Positions 40,315 through 54,085 are shown, counted from the whole stretch's first letter. The stretch is DNA of 63,266 bases, filler included, from Octopus bimaculoides (GCF_001194135.2; 4 parts of 4 records of this genome joined end to end with filler, not necessarily neighbours in it), one strand, 5' to 3'. A program made the numbers and translations. The notes: generated from the sequence alone by a model not told the origin.

Positions 40315-40456
40315 AAGGTGGCGAGCTGGGAAAATCTCAAGCATGCCGAGCAAAATACTTAATAGAATTTTGTCTGCCGTTATGTTCTGAGTTCAAATTC
40401 CACTGAGGTCGACTTTGCCTTTCATCCTTTTGGGGTCGATAAATTAAGTACCAGCC
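40315..40456 (+). mobile_element. SINE family B, 3'-truncated
   Basis: GGTGGCGAGCTGG...GAGGTCGACTTTGCCTTTCATCCTTTTGGGGTCGATAAATTAAGTACCAG. Confidence 0.85.
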
Positions 40457-40459
40457 AAG

Positions 40460-40690
40460 TACTTCCGCCTCCTATAAATATTGGGCAACCATCTCTTTCT
40501 TGGTCTATCCCTCGCTCTTCTGCTGGTTGACTCGGCTTGAAAAATCCCTGTTGGGATTCCTTTTCGCGACATTCTGATCATATGTCCATCGTAGCGGAGT
40601 TGTGACCTCTCAATAGGAAGTAGCGGCTCAACCTGGAGAGACTTTCTAATCTCCAAACTGTGCAGCTTCTCGAGTATCGTTACACCAGAG
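40460..40690 (-). mobile_element. RTE-clade LINE ORF2 C-terminal remnant
   Basis: SLQVEPLLPIERSQLRYDGHMIRM...RRARDRPRKRW resembles the RTE C-terminal WxGHxxRM / RxRGRPRKRW motifs. Confidence 0.75.
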
Positions 40691-40697
40691 ATACTTA

Positions 40698-40935
40698 GGT
40701 GGAGGCATGTGGCTTAGTGGTTAGGATGTTGGACTCATGATCGTCAGATTGTGGTTTCGATTCCTGGACCGGGTGACGCTTGTGCTCTTGAGCAAAACAC
40801 TTCATTTCACGTTGCTCCAGTCCACTCAGCTGGCAAATATGAGTGATGCTGAGAATGACCGGCGTCCCGTCCAGTTGGGGAATATATACGCCATGAAAAC
40901 GGACAACAGGCCCTTATGAATCTGTATGACACGAG
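40698..40935 (+). mobile_element. SINE family D (tRNA head plus Meta/V-like domain)
   Basis: GTGGAGGCATGTGGCTTAGTGGTTAGG...GGTTTCGATTCC...TTGAGCAAAACACTTCATTTCACGTTGCTCCAGTCCACTCAGCTG...GGCGTCCCGTCCAG. Confidence 0.85.
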
Positions 40936-41774
40936 AAAGTAACTTTACCTTACCTTTTAGAGATCCTTCGGAGGAATCCCATTTCGGCCGATTGTATTCA
41001 TGTTCGTACACGTTCGATCATTACCTAACATTCGTGATCATGAGTAAAGATAGGTACTAAGACCAAATTAAAGACAGTGAAAGTTGGCGTTTTAACCTAG
41101 TTCATCTCTTCTGATATCAAATGTTGGAGCTGGCGCACTACAGCACAGACATCTGCAATTCTGGCATTCAATTAGGCCTCCTGCCTCCCTTCACTTATCT
41201 CAATGATGTTCTTCTAGCATGCAGAGTGTACCGAGAAGACTTTCTTGAGAGTCTTCGCAACACTTATTCTCATTCTGGTCATGCAGCACTCCTAACATCG
41301 AAAACATAAAAATTAATGAAATACTATCTCGCAGACAGAACGTCTTCAAGTGCAAAAATTGTAACAAAATATTCCATCTTCTCTAATAAAAATTTTCTTG
41401 AAGTCTAGATTAATAAAAGCTTCTGACAGTACTGAATCAAATCAAGTAAAATTTACTTTTGAGTATAATGAATTCTAACATTAGTATAAGCTAAAAAATT
41501 TCAGGTTGGACGTAGGTTGATTAAATGATTGTATTTGACTGCTACTTTTTATCATCTCAATCACAGAAAAAGGAAAGGTTCGAACTCAGTGTATAAAGAA
41601 ATTTGATAAAAAAAAAAAAATACAACAAGATATTAACCACGGGCAGTTCTCGACTTTCTCTACCCAAAAGTGCTTTTCATCCTGATATTTATACACTGTT
41701 ATTTATAGCTTTATATGATGTACTTCAAAAGCCAATACTCCAAAAAAGAATTATATATGTACATATGGTTAGTC

Positions 41775-41874
41775 TACTTTACTTCGTAAGGAGCATAGGG
41801 GCCGGTCTCCTGGTTTCTCTGGCGCATATGTATATATTCCTCCCTGGACGAGACGCCGGTCATCCGTCGTAGGA
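41775..41874 (-). mobile_element. SINE family D 3' end (remainder in the gap)
   Basis: The reverse strand GATGACCGGCGTCTCGTCCAGGGAGGAATATATAC...GGCCCCTATG matches 40855-40920. Confidence 0.7.
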
Positions 41875-42264
41875 NNNNNNNNNNNNNNNNNNNNNNNNNN
41901 NNNNNNNNNNNNNNNNNNNNNNNNNNNNNNNNNNNNNNNNNNNNNNNNNNNNNNNNNNNNNNNNNNNNNNNNNNNNNNNNNNNNNNNNNNNNNNNNNNNN
42001 NNNNNNNNNNNNNNNNNNNNNNNNNNNNNNNNNNNNNNNNNNNNNNNNNNNNNNNNNNNNNNNNNNNNNNNNNNNNNNNNNNNNNNNNNNNNNNNNNNNN
42101 NNNNNNNNNNNNNNNNNNNNNNNNNNNNNNNNNNNNNNNNNNNNNNNNNNNNNNNNNNNNNNNNNNNNNNNNNNNNNNNNNNNNNNNNNNNNNNNNNNNN
42201 NNNNNNNNNNNNNNNNNNNNNNNNNNNNNNNNNNNNNNNNNNNNNNNNNNNNNNNNNNNNNNNN

Positions 42265-42329
<65 letters not shown>

Positions 42330-42667
42330 TACATACACACATGTATCTCCTAATATAATAACGAGCGTAGTGTTTTTATATAGTTGTCCAAAATCGCGCA
42401 GCCGGAGTAAATGGTGAAGGGAGCGGAGAGAAAATAGTAATTCAGTGAAGAAGTAGTGCGAATAATAGCCATGACTGAGAGACAGTAATAGCAATTTTAT
42501 GTAGAAATTAATTAGCATGGAGTAGTGTTTGGCAATTATACCACCTAAAATAGGTTTTGAATAAGAATATGATTCCCCTTTCACAATTGTACCACCATGT
42601 GACGCGACCATCTACATGTTCACTTGTGCATATTCAGGTATATATGTGAGTGTGTTGGATGTACTTG

Positions 42668-42801
42668 GTTTCCCCAAGACACCTGATGAAGGCTGGAGGG
42701 CATATCAGCCGAAACATTGTGTTAACAACAAACAAGATGAGGACAAATATCTGTCAATTGTAAATAATGTACATAATTCCTCATCTCTTAAATATAGAAC
42801 T
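42668..42801 (+). ncRNA. Hammerhead-containing short repeat, family 1 (helix III palindrome mutated)
   Basis: GACAC-CTGATGA(42683-42689)-A-GGCTG...CAGCC-GAAA-CATT-GTGTT; perfect helix II, but ACGT>ACAT. Confidence 0.75.
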
Positions 42802-43059
42802 GTAGAAAAGACTCTATGTCTACTAAACATTTTATTGTATCTACTAGATTTAGGAAAATGCCTAATGTAATGCAGAGAACAATTCCCTAGCAATTTTAGC
42901 TGATACTTGTTATCTGAATACCGGATTATATCGCAAAATACTACTTTTATGAGACTTGTTATCCGGTTTAATGCAACCGTTACAGTACATTGTAAAGTCA
43001 TGACAATGCGAATTCAAGTTAGTTTTTTATTCCCATTTAGATTATTATTATTTTCATCT

Positions 43060-43271
43060 TCAGCTTTCTTTCCTTCTTTCTCTTCCCCCCCTCTTTCTCT
43101 TTCCCCTCTCTTTCTCTTTCCCCTCTCATTCTCTCTTTCCCCTCCCATTCTCTTTTTCCCTCTTACCTTCTCTCTGTCCCTCTGTTCTTTCTCTGTCTCT
43201 TACTTTTTCTTTCTTTCCTTCTCTCTTTCTCCTTCCTTCTATCTTTCTCTCTTTCTATTTTCTTCCTTCTT

Positions 43272-43336
<65 letters not shown>

Positions 43337-43373
43337 CCTTCCTTCTATCTTTCTCTCTTTCAATTTTCTTCCT

Positions 43374-43418
<45 letters not shown>

Positions 43419-43427
43419 TTCTTTCCT

Positions 43428-43470
<43 letters not shown>

Positions 43471-43515
43471 CTTTCCATCCTTCTTTCTCTCTTTTTCTTC
43501 CCCCTCTCTCTCTAA
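43060..43515. repeat. Polypyrimidine (CT/TTTC)n low-complexity tract
   Basis: About 450 bp of almost pure pyrimidines. Confidence 0.95.
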
Positions 43516-44511
43516 TATTTTGATCGAGTTTGTATTTTTCTACTCTGATTTTCGCTTTGGGCGAACAGGGCCTTTCGCAAGTTACGACTGAATAAATGAT
43601 AGAATTAGCACATCTATATATAAGATTTCTGACGTAGAATGTAACGATAGAGGGGAAATGTCATAAAGAGAAAAAGAAAGTAAAGCGAAAACGAGAGAAC
43701 AATAGATAAGAAATGAAAAATAAGAAAATAAAGGGAGTAAGAGAAAGAAGGGGAAACGAAAGGCGTGTTTTGATGGGGATGAATTAACTGGGAGACTTTT
43801 AGAATGGTCAAAGAAATCAATGGAAGAATTTGTAAGAAAAAAAAATACCATTAGATGAAAGATCTTTGGAACCAATGACATTTAAAAGTAGAAAAAAAGA
43901 CAAACGGAAACAAAAAATGTAAATGAAATTACATGATAAATTTTATGTCATTTTATTTATTTTTTCATTGTCATTTTATTTATTATTTCTATTTCTTCAT
44001 TCTTTTTCGACTTCTCTTATAAGCCACTGGCTCCAAAGTTCATCTACTTAACTGCATTTTTTACCATTGAATTCTTCCACAGAATTCTTTGACTATTCAT
44101 ACATCTGCCCAAAATTCTTCAATCCTCCTGGCAAAACACACTCTTCCTTCCGTCTTCTTTCCTCCTTCCTTTTCTTCATAAATTTTACTTATCTTCTGTT
44201 TTCTTTTCTTCTTTACTCTCCCTTTGTTTTGCTTTTTCGTTCTTTATGTTTCGTCCCTTTTCCTCTTCATCCCATCCCCACTTCTGTTATTCCGTACGAC
44301 AGGAATCTTATACGTGTAGATATACAGAATCTATCATTTCTTCGGTCGTGATTTGTCCTATTATCTTGTGCACTCACAAGCGAAACTCAGAGNNNNNNNN
44401 NNTATATATATATATATATGCATGTATTTATATATTATATATATAAATAATTGATCTCTGCAATGTTATTTAGCACAATTTTTTCCGACTGTTCTGTCAA
44501 CACTGAACGAA

Positions 44512-44567
<56 letters not shown>

Positions 44568-45287
44568 ATATATGCATACACATACATACATACATACATG
44601 CATACATACATACATACACACATACATACGTACATGTCATACTGCTTCAGCTTGTGCAGATGTTATCAAATATACACACTCTCACGTTCATATATGAACA
44701 TCATAACCTCGGATCTAATATTTTGTTGAAGTCAATTAGTTTCCCGAATAGAAAGCTACACTATAAGAAACATTAGAAAAGTGATTGGCAATCAAGGGAA
44801 ATGAATGATATTNNNNNNNNNNNNNNNNNNNNNNNNNNNNNNNNNNNNNNNNNNNNNNNNNNNNNNNNNNNNNNNNNNNNNNNNNNNNNNNNNNNNNNNN
44901 NNNNNNNNNNNNNNNNNNNNNNNNNNNNNNNNNNNNNNNNNNNNNNNNNNNNNNNNNNNNNNNNNNNNNNNNNNNNNNNNNNNNNNNNNNNNNNNNNNNN
45001 NNNNNNNNNNNNNNNNNNNNNNNNNNNNNNNNNNNNNNNNNNNNNNNNNNNNNNNNNNNNNNNNNNNNNNNNNNNNNNNNNNNNNNNNNNNNNNNNNNNN
45101 NNNNNNNNNNNNNNNNNNNNNNNNNNNNNNNNNNNNNNNNNNNNNNNNNNNNNNNNNNNNNNNNNNNNNNNNNNNNNNNNNNNNNNNNNNNNNNNNNNNN
45201 NNNNNNNNNNNNNNNNNNNNNNNNNNNNNNNNNNNNNNNNNNNNNNNNNNNNNNNNNNNNNNNNNNNNNNNNNNNNNNNNNNNNNNN

Positions 45288-45803
45288 AAGTATCATCTGA
45301 AGAGGAAGGTGAGAGTAGAAAGGGAAGTCTTGTCTAGTGAATGCTTCAAAAAAAGATGGGTGAATGTAGCAAGGATGGCACGTGTGAATGACGGAGCCAC
45401 CTTGAGCATAACACTATAAAGGAGTAAAAAAAAAAAAATCCAGACAAAAAACAAAAAGGTAAAAGAGAGTCACTTACTGTTATAGTTTCTGCAATGACAA
45501 TATTGACCAAGGTTACCGTGGTCTTTTCCGTAGGCTTTTCTTTCCACGGTTAAACCTAAACTGTCCTCCCCTCTTTTTACACGAGAACATTACTGTGATA
45601 CACGATCCCTATTGATCGCTTTTTTTCTTTTTTTCTCTCGGTCCCTTTTGATCGAACTCCCTCCTTTTTTCCTTCCTACGATCCCTTTTGATCGACACCC
45701 ACCCCTACTTTTTTTTTCTCTTCCTTCCCCCTCCTAAAAAGAAAAGCTCTACATTGTATTCGTCCCATCTTTGTTGAGCCCTGTGTGGCTAATAAAAGAA
45801 ATG
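45288..45803 (+). mobile_element. L1/Tx1-like LINE 3' end (ORF2 tail plus 3' UTR)
   Basis: KYHLKRKVRVEREVLSSECFKKRWVNVARMARVNDGATL*, then a pyrimidine-rich UTR with CGATCCCTTTTGATCG repeats, AATAAA, and the tail also seen at 1-35. Confidence 0.6.
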
Positions 45804-45836
45804 TATCTATCCATCCATCCATCCATCCATCCATCC

Positions 45837-45906
<70 letters not shown>

Positions 45907-45949
45907 GCATATATACATACATATATGTATATACTTACATGTATATGCA

Positions 45950-46330
45950 TATATAGGCACAGGACGTCAAAGAACGCAAACAACATGAAATACGAAATGC
46001 GAAAACATAGAATGCGAACTGTTTTTGCGAACAACGAAAAATAAAATTGAAAAACAAGACAAGCAACATAAAGAACAACCCTTCAGCAGCCGTCGACTGT
46101 TTTTCTACTCCGTATTTCGAGCAATTCACAACAAGATACGCCTTCAACAAAACAGTTGCTCCCGAAAAGCAAATTAAATAAGATTTGGGATTTTCGCGGA
46201 GGGTAAATGTTGGTAACAAAAACAGGACAGTAAAAACAAGCAAGAAGGGCTGCTAAGCCTAAATAAGGTGAGTTGGCGAACGCTGGAAGAACAAGCTCTG
46301 ACCGGAGACAGATAAGAATGCGTCTGATGC
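45950..46330 (-). repeat. Probable Penelope-like terminal repeat with a hammerhead-like remnant; partial second copy at ~46687-46800
   Basis: ~110-bp direct repeat (GGCACAGGA(C/T)GTCA...) at 45955 and 46692. The minus strand has GAGCAA/TTGCTC-GAAA...GTA-GAAAAAC. Confidence 0.45.
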
Positions 46331-47185
46331 CTGCGGCTGATCGGAAGGAAGGAAAGAAGCCCAAGTTAGAAAAAGAAAGATGGCCAATGGTCACGTGCCA
46401 GCAACGAGAGAGCAAAGGAGGACGAGTGAGGGAGAGAGAGAGAGGGACAGATAACAGCGAATGGGAGAGAAAAAGAATTGGAGAAAGGAAACGAAGGGGA
46501 GACGGAAGAGAAAGAGGAATAGAAAGAGATAGAAAAAGACAATAAGGGTTGCATCAAAATTATTAAGATAAAACTTACTTGGAAATGCTTGCGTGGAGTT
46601 CAGTTATATAATAATATAAATAAGATATATATATACATGCATATATGTACATACTTACATATATATATATGTATATACATATGCATATATGGGCACAGGA
46701 TGTCACAGAACGTAAACAATATGAAATACGAAAACATGGAATACGAACTATTTTTGCAAACAATGAAAGAAACAAATGGAAAACAATACAAATAACATAC
46801 ACACACATACATATACATATACATATGTATATATTTGCATACACATATTTAAGCAGATATATCTATCTGATTATTCATCATTGCATATTTAAACGGATTT
46901 GATTATTCTTGAAAACTCCAAAAACAATATTAGTAAACACTATCCTTTTCAAAATAACAGGCGCTCTTCTATGTGCCTTCACAATAAATAAATAGATAAA
47001 TAGCGCCACATGGTCATTTTTTTCAAATAAAATCGAAACCGCTTCCATATTTACTTACACTAAGACTACACAATTCTGTTTAATGCCTGCAATTATATCA
47101 TTGACATAATTTCAATTCAGTAGTTTATGTGTCATATCCACGTGAGCAGCTAAATTGATTAATGTACAAATTAATTCCAATGCAG

Positions 47186-47459
47186 GAAGACAGGGAAAGC
47201 CCCCGACCCATCAGGAATCACTGCAGAGATGCTCAAAATATCTGGCAGTGTCGGCTATAGCCTAGTCACCCGTATTACGAACCAGGTGATACACGAAGGT
47301 GTCATACCCAATGACTGGTGTAGCAACACCATAATCAACTGCTACAAAGGTAAAGGTGACGCTTTAGATACAAATAATTACAGAGGTATCAAGCTTCTAG
47401 ATCAGGTAATGAAAGTCACGGAGAGGGTCATAGCTCAACTGCTTAGGGAGCGAGTCAGC
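47186..47459 (+). mobile_element. RTE-clade LINE reverse-transcriptase fragment, uninterrupted up to the gap
   Basis: GKAPDPSGITAEMLK...IPNDWCSNTIINCYKGKGDALDTNNYRGIKLLDQVMKVTERVI. Confidence 0.93.
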
Positions 47460-48951
47460 TNNNNNNNNNNNNNNNNNNNNNNNNNNNNNNNNNNNNNNNN
47501 NNNNTTAATTAATTAANNNNNNNNNNNNNNNNNNNNNNNNNNNNNNNNNNNNNNNNNNNNATATATATATATATATATATATATACATAAGGCGTAGGAG
47601 TGGCTCTGTGGTAAGTAGCTTTCCATGAGTGATGCAGAGCTATTTTCACAGTAATCTACAATATAATTTGTAAATGACCATTCCAGAGATCAGGCATACT
47701 TGAATTTAGAGTCTAACTTTAATACGTCAATACAGCGGTGAGCAAATTTTCGATAGAAAGATGTTTACTAAACAAAGACGGGAAACATTATTGAATATCG
47801 CTGGAAAGCAATATTTTTAAAGCCTTATTTTTGAAGCGTAAAATATAAAATCTTTCATATACACAACGGGGTAGTGGCATATTGTGAAAAATGGGGAAAA
47901 TATTTTTTATAAAAGTAAACATTTACGAAAACGCATTAGGCCAAACCCGTTTTACCGTGAAATAGTGGAAAATCTTTCATTGTGATTTCATAAACCGGTA
48001 TCCATAAAGGTATTCAAATTGGAAAAAAATCCTATTTGTGAAATATATGGGAAAATTTTGTTTGTAACACTAGATGATCCATGTACAGAAGAATATACAC
48101 CGGAGAATTTGAATCCACGTTTTGATAAACAATCAGAGATGAGTTGTATCTTCAAGTTAGTGAATGATCTTGTACATATGATTGAATATGTTTAAGGAAG
48201 CAGGAAGATTGAATGTGGGTTTATAGGTGAACACGCGTGTATGTTGGTATATTTAATAAAAAACAATACAATCGTTTAGCTTTTAAATGCTATCCTTTGT
48301 AGTGTGTAAGAAATTTTCATGAATCGACAGACGGAGACAGATAGATAGATAAGTAGAGACATAGAGATCAAGAGAGGGAGAACGGTAGAAAAGTTAAAAA
48401 AACAAATTTGAAAATATTATTTACAAGAAGATTCAAGCGTAAAATATAATGTATTTGACATATTCATACTCTGTGATATAAGACATTATACTGGCGTGTG
48501 AATATGTCGAAATGATCTCAAAATGAGCATATTCAACAAATATTACATATAAATCTTCAATAGTTTTAACCATTTACTTTATCGTCTGCAAATAATATTT
48601 CGTGTTTTTCGGTTAATGTTTCTGAATCCAAGATTTACGTCTGTTGGACATATAGTTATATTTACAATTGCTTCCTTATTGTTTTTATTGAATAAACCTG
48701 GATATATGTGAAGATATGTTTGCGTGCGTATGTAAGACCAACATTCACAAACTAATGTTATTTATACATATGCAAACATATTTATAAACAAACATACTGC
48801 AAAATATGCTCACTTAAATATACAAATAAAAACACCCATTTACGTTTATAATGCAATAAATAATTAATTGTGAATATGACTATTAGTCAGGAGCCGATTT
48901 ATATAGACAGATGAAAGAAAATAGGTAATTCAAAGCATAAATCTAGAAGCA

Positions 48952-49010
<59 letters not shown>

Positions 49011-49696
49011 NNNNNNNNNNNNNNNNNNNNNNNNNNNNNNNNNNNNNNNNNNNNNNNNNNNNNNNNNNNNNNNNNNNNNNNNNNNNNNNNNNNNNNNNNN
49101 NNNNNNNNNNNNNNNNNNNNNNNNNNNNNNNNNNNNNNNNNNNNNNNNNNNNNNNNNNNNNNNNNNNNNNNNNNNNNNNNNNNNNNNNNNNNNNNNNNNN
49201 NNNNNNNNNNNNNNNNNNNNNNNNNNNNNNNNNNNNNNNNNNNNNNNNNNNNNNNNNNNNNNNNNNNNNNNNNNNNNNNNNNNNNNNNNNNNNNNNNNNN
49301 NNNNNNNNNNNNNNNNNNNNNNNNNNNNNNNNNNNNNNNNNNNNNNNNNNNNNNNNNNNNNNNNNNNNNNNNNNNNNNNNNNNNNNNNNNNNNNNNNNNN
49401 NNNNNNNNNNNNNNNNNNNNNNNNNNNNNNNNNNNNNNNNNNNNNNNNNNNNNNNNNNNNNNNNNNNNNNNNNNNNNNNNNNNNNNNNNNNNNNNNNNNN
49501 NNNNNNNNNNNNNNNNNNNNNNNNNNNNNNNNNNNNNNNNNNNNNNNNNNNNNNNNNNNNNNNNNNNNNNNNNNNNNNNNNNNNNNNNNNNNNNNNNNNN
49601 NNNNNNNNNNNNNNNNNNGATATACACGAGGTTACATATATATATATATACATATATATATATACATATATATATATGTATATATCTATCTATCTA

Positions 49697-49779
<83 letters not shown>

Positions 49780-50402
49780 TGTGTGTGTGGTGATATGTAT
49801 ATGTATATGTATATGTGTTTGTATTACTTCCTAACATAAGCACATGGCCTCGAACGTAAGGTGCTTGACTGCAGTACTTGACTGGTTCTTTATATCGTCG
49901 CCTCGGAGAGATTAAACTCAGAGTTGACTTGGGTAGCATTTTAACTTGCAATGTAGAGTCTGAACAAATACAGTAAGGTATTTTGTCTCTTATAATTCTG
50001 CTAATATATTACTCTAATAACGTTGTCTTCAACAATAAGTGGTGTAACTAAAGCAATAGTTGGACAATAGCTGGAAAATGCAGGAAAGAGGTATGGATAA
50101 AGTATCCTATGGCCCATTACATGGAAAGATATCCCCAAAGCACTAAGTCTTCATCCAGTATATATGAGTACCTTCTTTGCATCCACACATCTCAGTGTAA
50201 GCAAGAAACGAAGAACGAGTCCTCGATAGTGAAGCTGCAGTATTGTTATAATTAGTAAAACTAACCCTTACTCTTTCGTATTTCAACGATTCTCTAACAA
50301 AATATATGATCAGAATATCGGAGCCGTGAAACTGAGTTCGGAAAATGTGAAGAGCTGACGTCAGTGAATATAATACGTGTATGCATATTTGTACAAGCGC
50401 GG

Positions 50403-50518
<116 letters not shown>

Positions 50519-51988
50519 CACGCGCAAGAGTGTATGAATGTATGTGTTTGCGTGTATTTGACAAGTTATATTGGATCGTTTCTCAGCCGATTATACTATT
50601 TTTACTATTGTTGTTGCTCTTCCTTTTGTTGTTGTTGCAGATGTTATTGAAAATTACGTCATGTCAGCCCGGATAGAAAAGGTAAACTTTAGATATAGTA
50701 TATGTAGCATCACACAATTCACCCCACTATTGATTTTGAAGAACGTAATGTTATTAAAACAGGTATGTGCTGTTCCGAACAGATCAAGCAATCATCTGGT
50801 GGCTGTCAGTTTAGTTAGCATAGAATTGTTTGGTGTTCATTCTCGGCAGTATTATTTACAGCTTCATGGATAATGCCATTTGAGAGTAAATGGTTTTAAT
50901 AGTCGGGCCTCTCTACAAATTGTTCTGTCATCCATCAAACCTTCAATAAGGATTCTCGTATAAATGTGCAGTGGTTACTGTTGAAGACACTGTTATTCGA
51001 GCAATATATTATCAGAGTTATAAGAGACAAATGCCTTACTGTATTTGTCCAGGCTCTACATTCTAATGTGCAGTTGAAGAGAAATAGATCAAGTAGGATT
51101 AAAAAAGAACGTCATTTACTAGATATTCGGTCGCAATATACAGCACTTAAAATTAAAGTATATGCAATGGCTATATAAAGGGTGATTTCAAACGTAAGAG
51201 TGCATATACAGAAAACAGCCCCCAAAGTATGGATGGAAATACACCAGTTCTATAAAGCTAAATTCATAAGTACGGATGCACATGCAGCGTTATAAGCATG
51301 TGTTGACGAAAATATAGATGGATATATGATCTTTATATAAAGAAATATTCCTAAACTCTGGATGCATAGACCTCGGTTATATAATTGTCAGTTCAAAGTG
51401 GATGAAAGGCCAGTATATAAAATCGATTCTAAAAGCATTGATCTGTATACAAATCTCTGCAATCTGTGTTCAACACCCTCCGAGGATAACTTTGCAAGTC
51501 ATCGATTTTGGGACGAAACACAAAAGTACCCATCCAGGGCGATGGATTGGCGAAGCCGCTATTGCGTCGGACGTGATGTGTTTTGGTATCTATTCTGAAT
51601 CTTTGCCTTCTGACAACAATGCCTTCAAGGACACTTGTGCTTTTCCTTATACAATACTGGTAGCCTGGAGAGGAGAGACTTGAAGGCATAGCAAACTGCT
51701 AACCTTCCATAAAAGCACTTTGACCATATATATATACAGTGATACATATAATTAAATGTATTTACAGTTATATATATAATTAAAATACGTGCGTGAGTTG
51801 TCTAAGAGACCATAAAGCAGAAAAAGCATGCATCCGCATATCTGTCAGCCGATATGAAAGGGAATATGGTGACTGCTCTCTATTGTCGGAGGTGGATTAC
51901 CATGGCAAACTGCTAATCATCCATAAAAGCAGCTTGACCATACCTATACATACATACACAGATATATGGTCAGCCCAGCTTGACAGAG

Positions 51989-52023
<35 letters not shown>

Positions 52024-52121
52024 NNNNNNNNNNNNNNNNNNNNNNNNNNNNNNNNNNNNNNNNNNNNNNNNNNNNNNNNNNNNNNNNNNNNNNNNNNNNN
52101 NNNNNNNNNNNNNNNNNNNNN

Positions 52122-52181
<60 letters not shown>

Positions 52182-53907
52182 ATATTTCCTTCCATATCGG
52201 CTAACTCTGATGAGTGTAAAGTTATATAATCGGTTTGTTGCCTAACACTCCATTGCATTCTTCACGCGAAACCGATTGGTAAGACCAGTTGTAATAAATA
52301 TTTAATACTATTGTTTAAAATATTTAACTATAGCATTACATGATAATATTTCCCCTGTTTCATTATCAATGGTCTGCTAGTGGCCGGCCCCCATAATTGT
52401 CAGCAAACATCTTGATTTAAGTTTTTCCTTTACCATATCTCATGATATGGTAAAGGATATATATATTGTACTATATATCCTATATGTTTTGTAGAAGGAT
52501 GCATGAAGGAGCTTTTTTATGAGTACTACTGGATTATTTGATTCCATATATTGTGACATATATATATANNNNNNNNNNNNNNNNNNNNNNNNNNNNNNNN
52601 NNTATATATATGATATATATGTAGTGTGTGTGTGTGTACGGGTGGATGTGCGATGCTACTTTGAGTTTAGCGCTCCATGTAGACTATCTTTATCTGATCT
52701 GCTTTCAGTATGATGGTTCGGTTACTGCTATACTTAGCACTATTACTGATAATGATATACAAAACCGAATGTTGGAGGAATTATGATAAGCACAAGTTTA
52801 TATCATTTGGTCCCTGCGTACATTTCCCAATTGTGGTTGTTTGGAACCTCTGCGTTGGATGCTTAACCACAAGAGATCATCAAGGAAATACTTTATTGCG
52901 ATACGTTAGGAAAAGTTTTTATGATCTGTTGTGATTATGTATCCAATTAAACTTGGAACCTCCAATACAGAGGTTCCAAATGACCACAATGTAGAAACGT
53001 ACGTAAGGAACAAATGATATAAACACGTGTTTATTTTAATTTCTCCTGTATATATGTGTGTGTATGTGTATACGTATATGTAAATACATAGATACATCCA
53101 TACATATATGTGTGTATGTATATATAAATACATAAATACATCTACCACATACGCACACACACACATACACACACTCACACACACACAAACTCACACACAC
53201 ACACACACACACACATGCATACATATATATGTATATATCTAAGTCTATGGATACATATGTAACGGTTATATAAAATAAAATTCCTAAAGTGAAAACGTGT
53301 GCTGTTCGTGGCTCTTAATATTTCTGCCATTCCATACTCTATTCTCAATAATTAACATAATGTTAATTGAAGTTGGCAGGCAAGAAGAACGGATGATTTG
53401 GAAGCCCCATAGAGCTGGACAATTTTGTATTCTATAAACGAAAGTAAGACATGGTGTGTGCGAAAGCTCTAGGAATACGAATGAGAAGTGATTTGGCTGA
53501 TACGAGGAAAATTCTACGAAACAGCATAAAATAAGCTTGACATTGTTTTCCATAATAAAGATAGCAAAATGACAATACTGTGTTAATAATCGACGGCACA
53601 ATAGTGAATTACTATAATTTTGTGTAGCAGCCAGTTGAATCACTTAGAAATTACATGAACTTAACCATTGAATTAATGACAGTATGGCTGTTAAGAAACG
53701 TGTTGTTCATTCAATATCATAATCGGTATAACTGGAATTATACAAAGCCACTTTAGTGAACATATTGACAGGTTACGTTTAAAGATAGACATAGCCGCCT
53801 TTCAGGATATAGAGATAGGCACTTCAAATAATGATAGCACTTTCATACATCGCGTATATTAACTTTGTACATTGCACGCATGTTTTCCAAGATGCACTAC
53901 TTCACAC

Positions 53908-53970
<63 letters not shown>

Positions 53971-53990
53971 AGCGAGAGAGAGAGAGAAAG

Positions 53991-53991
53991 G

Positions 53992-54081
<90 letters not shown>

Positions 54082-54085
54082 GATA
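53991..54085. repeat. (GATA)n microsatellite
   Basis: Direct tandem repeat. Confidence 0.97.

Noticed and set aside
42907-43515. 202-aa Phe/Leu/Ser-rich ORF
   Set aside because: Translation of a polypyrimidine tract.
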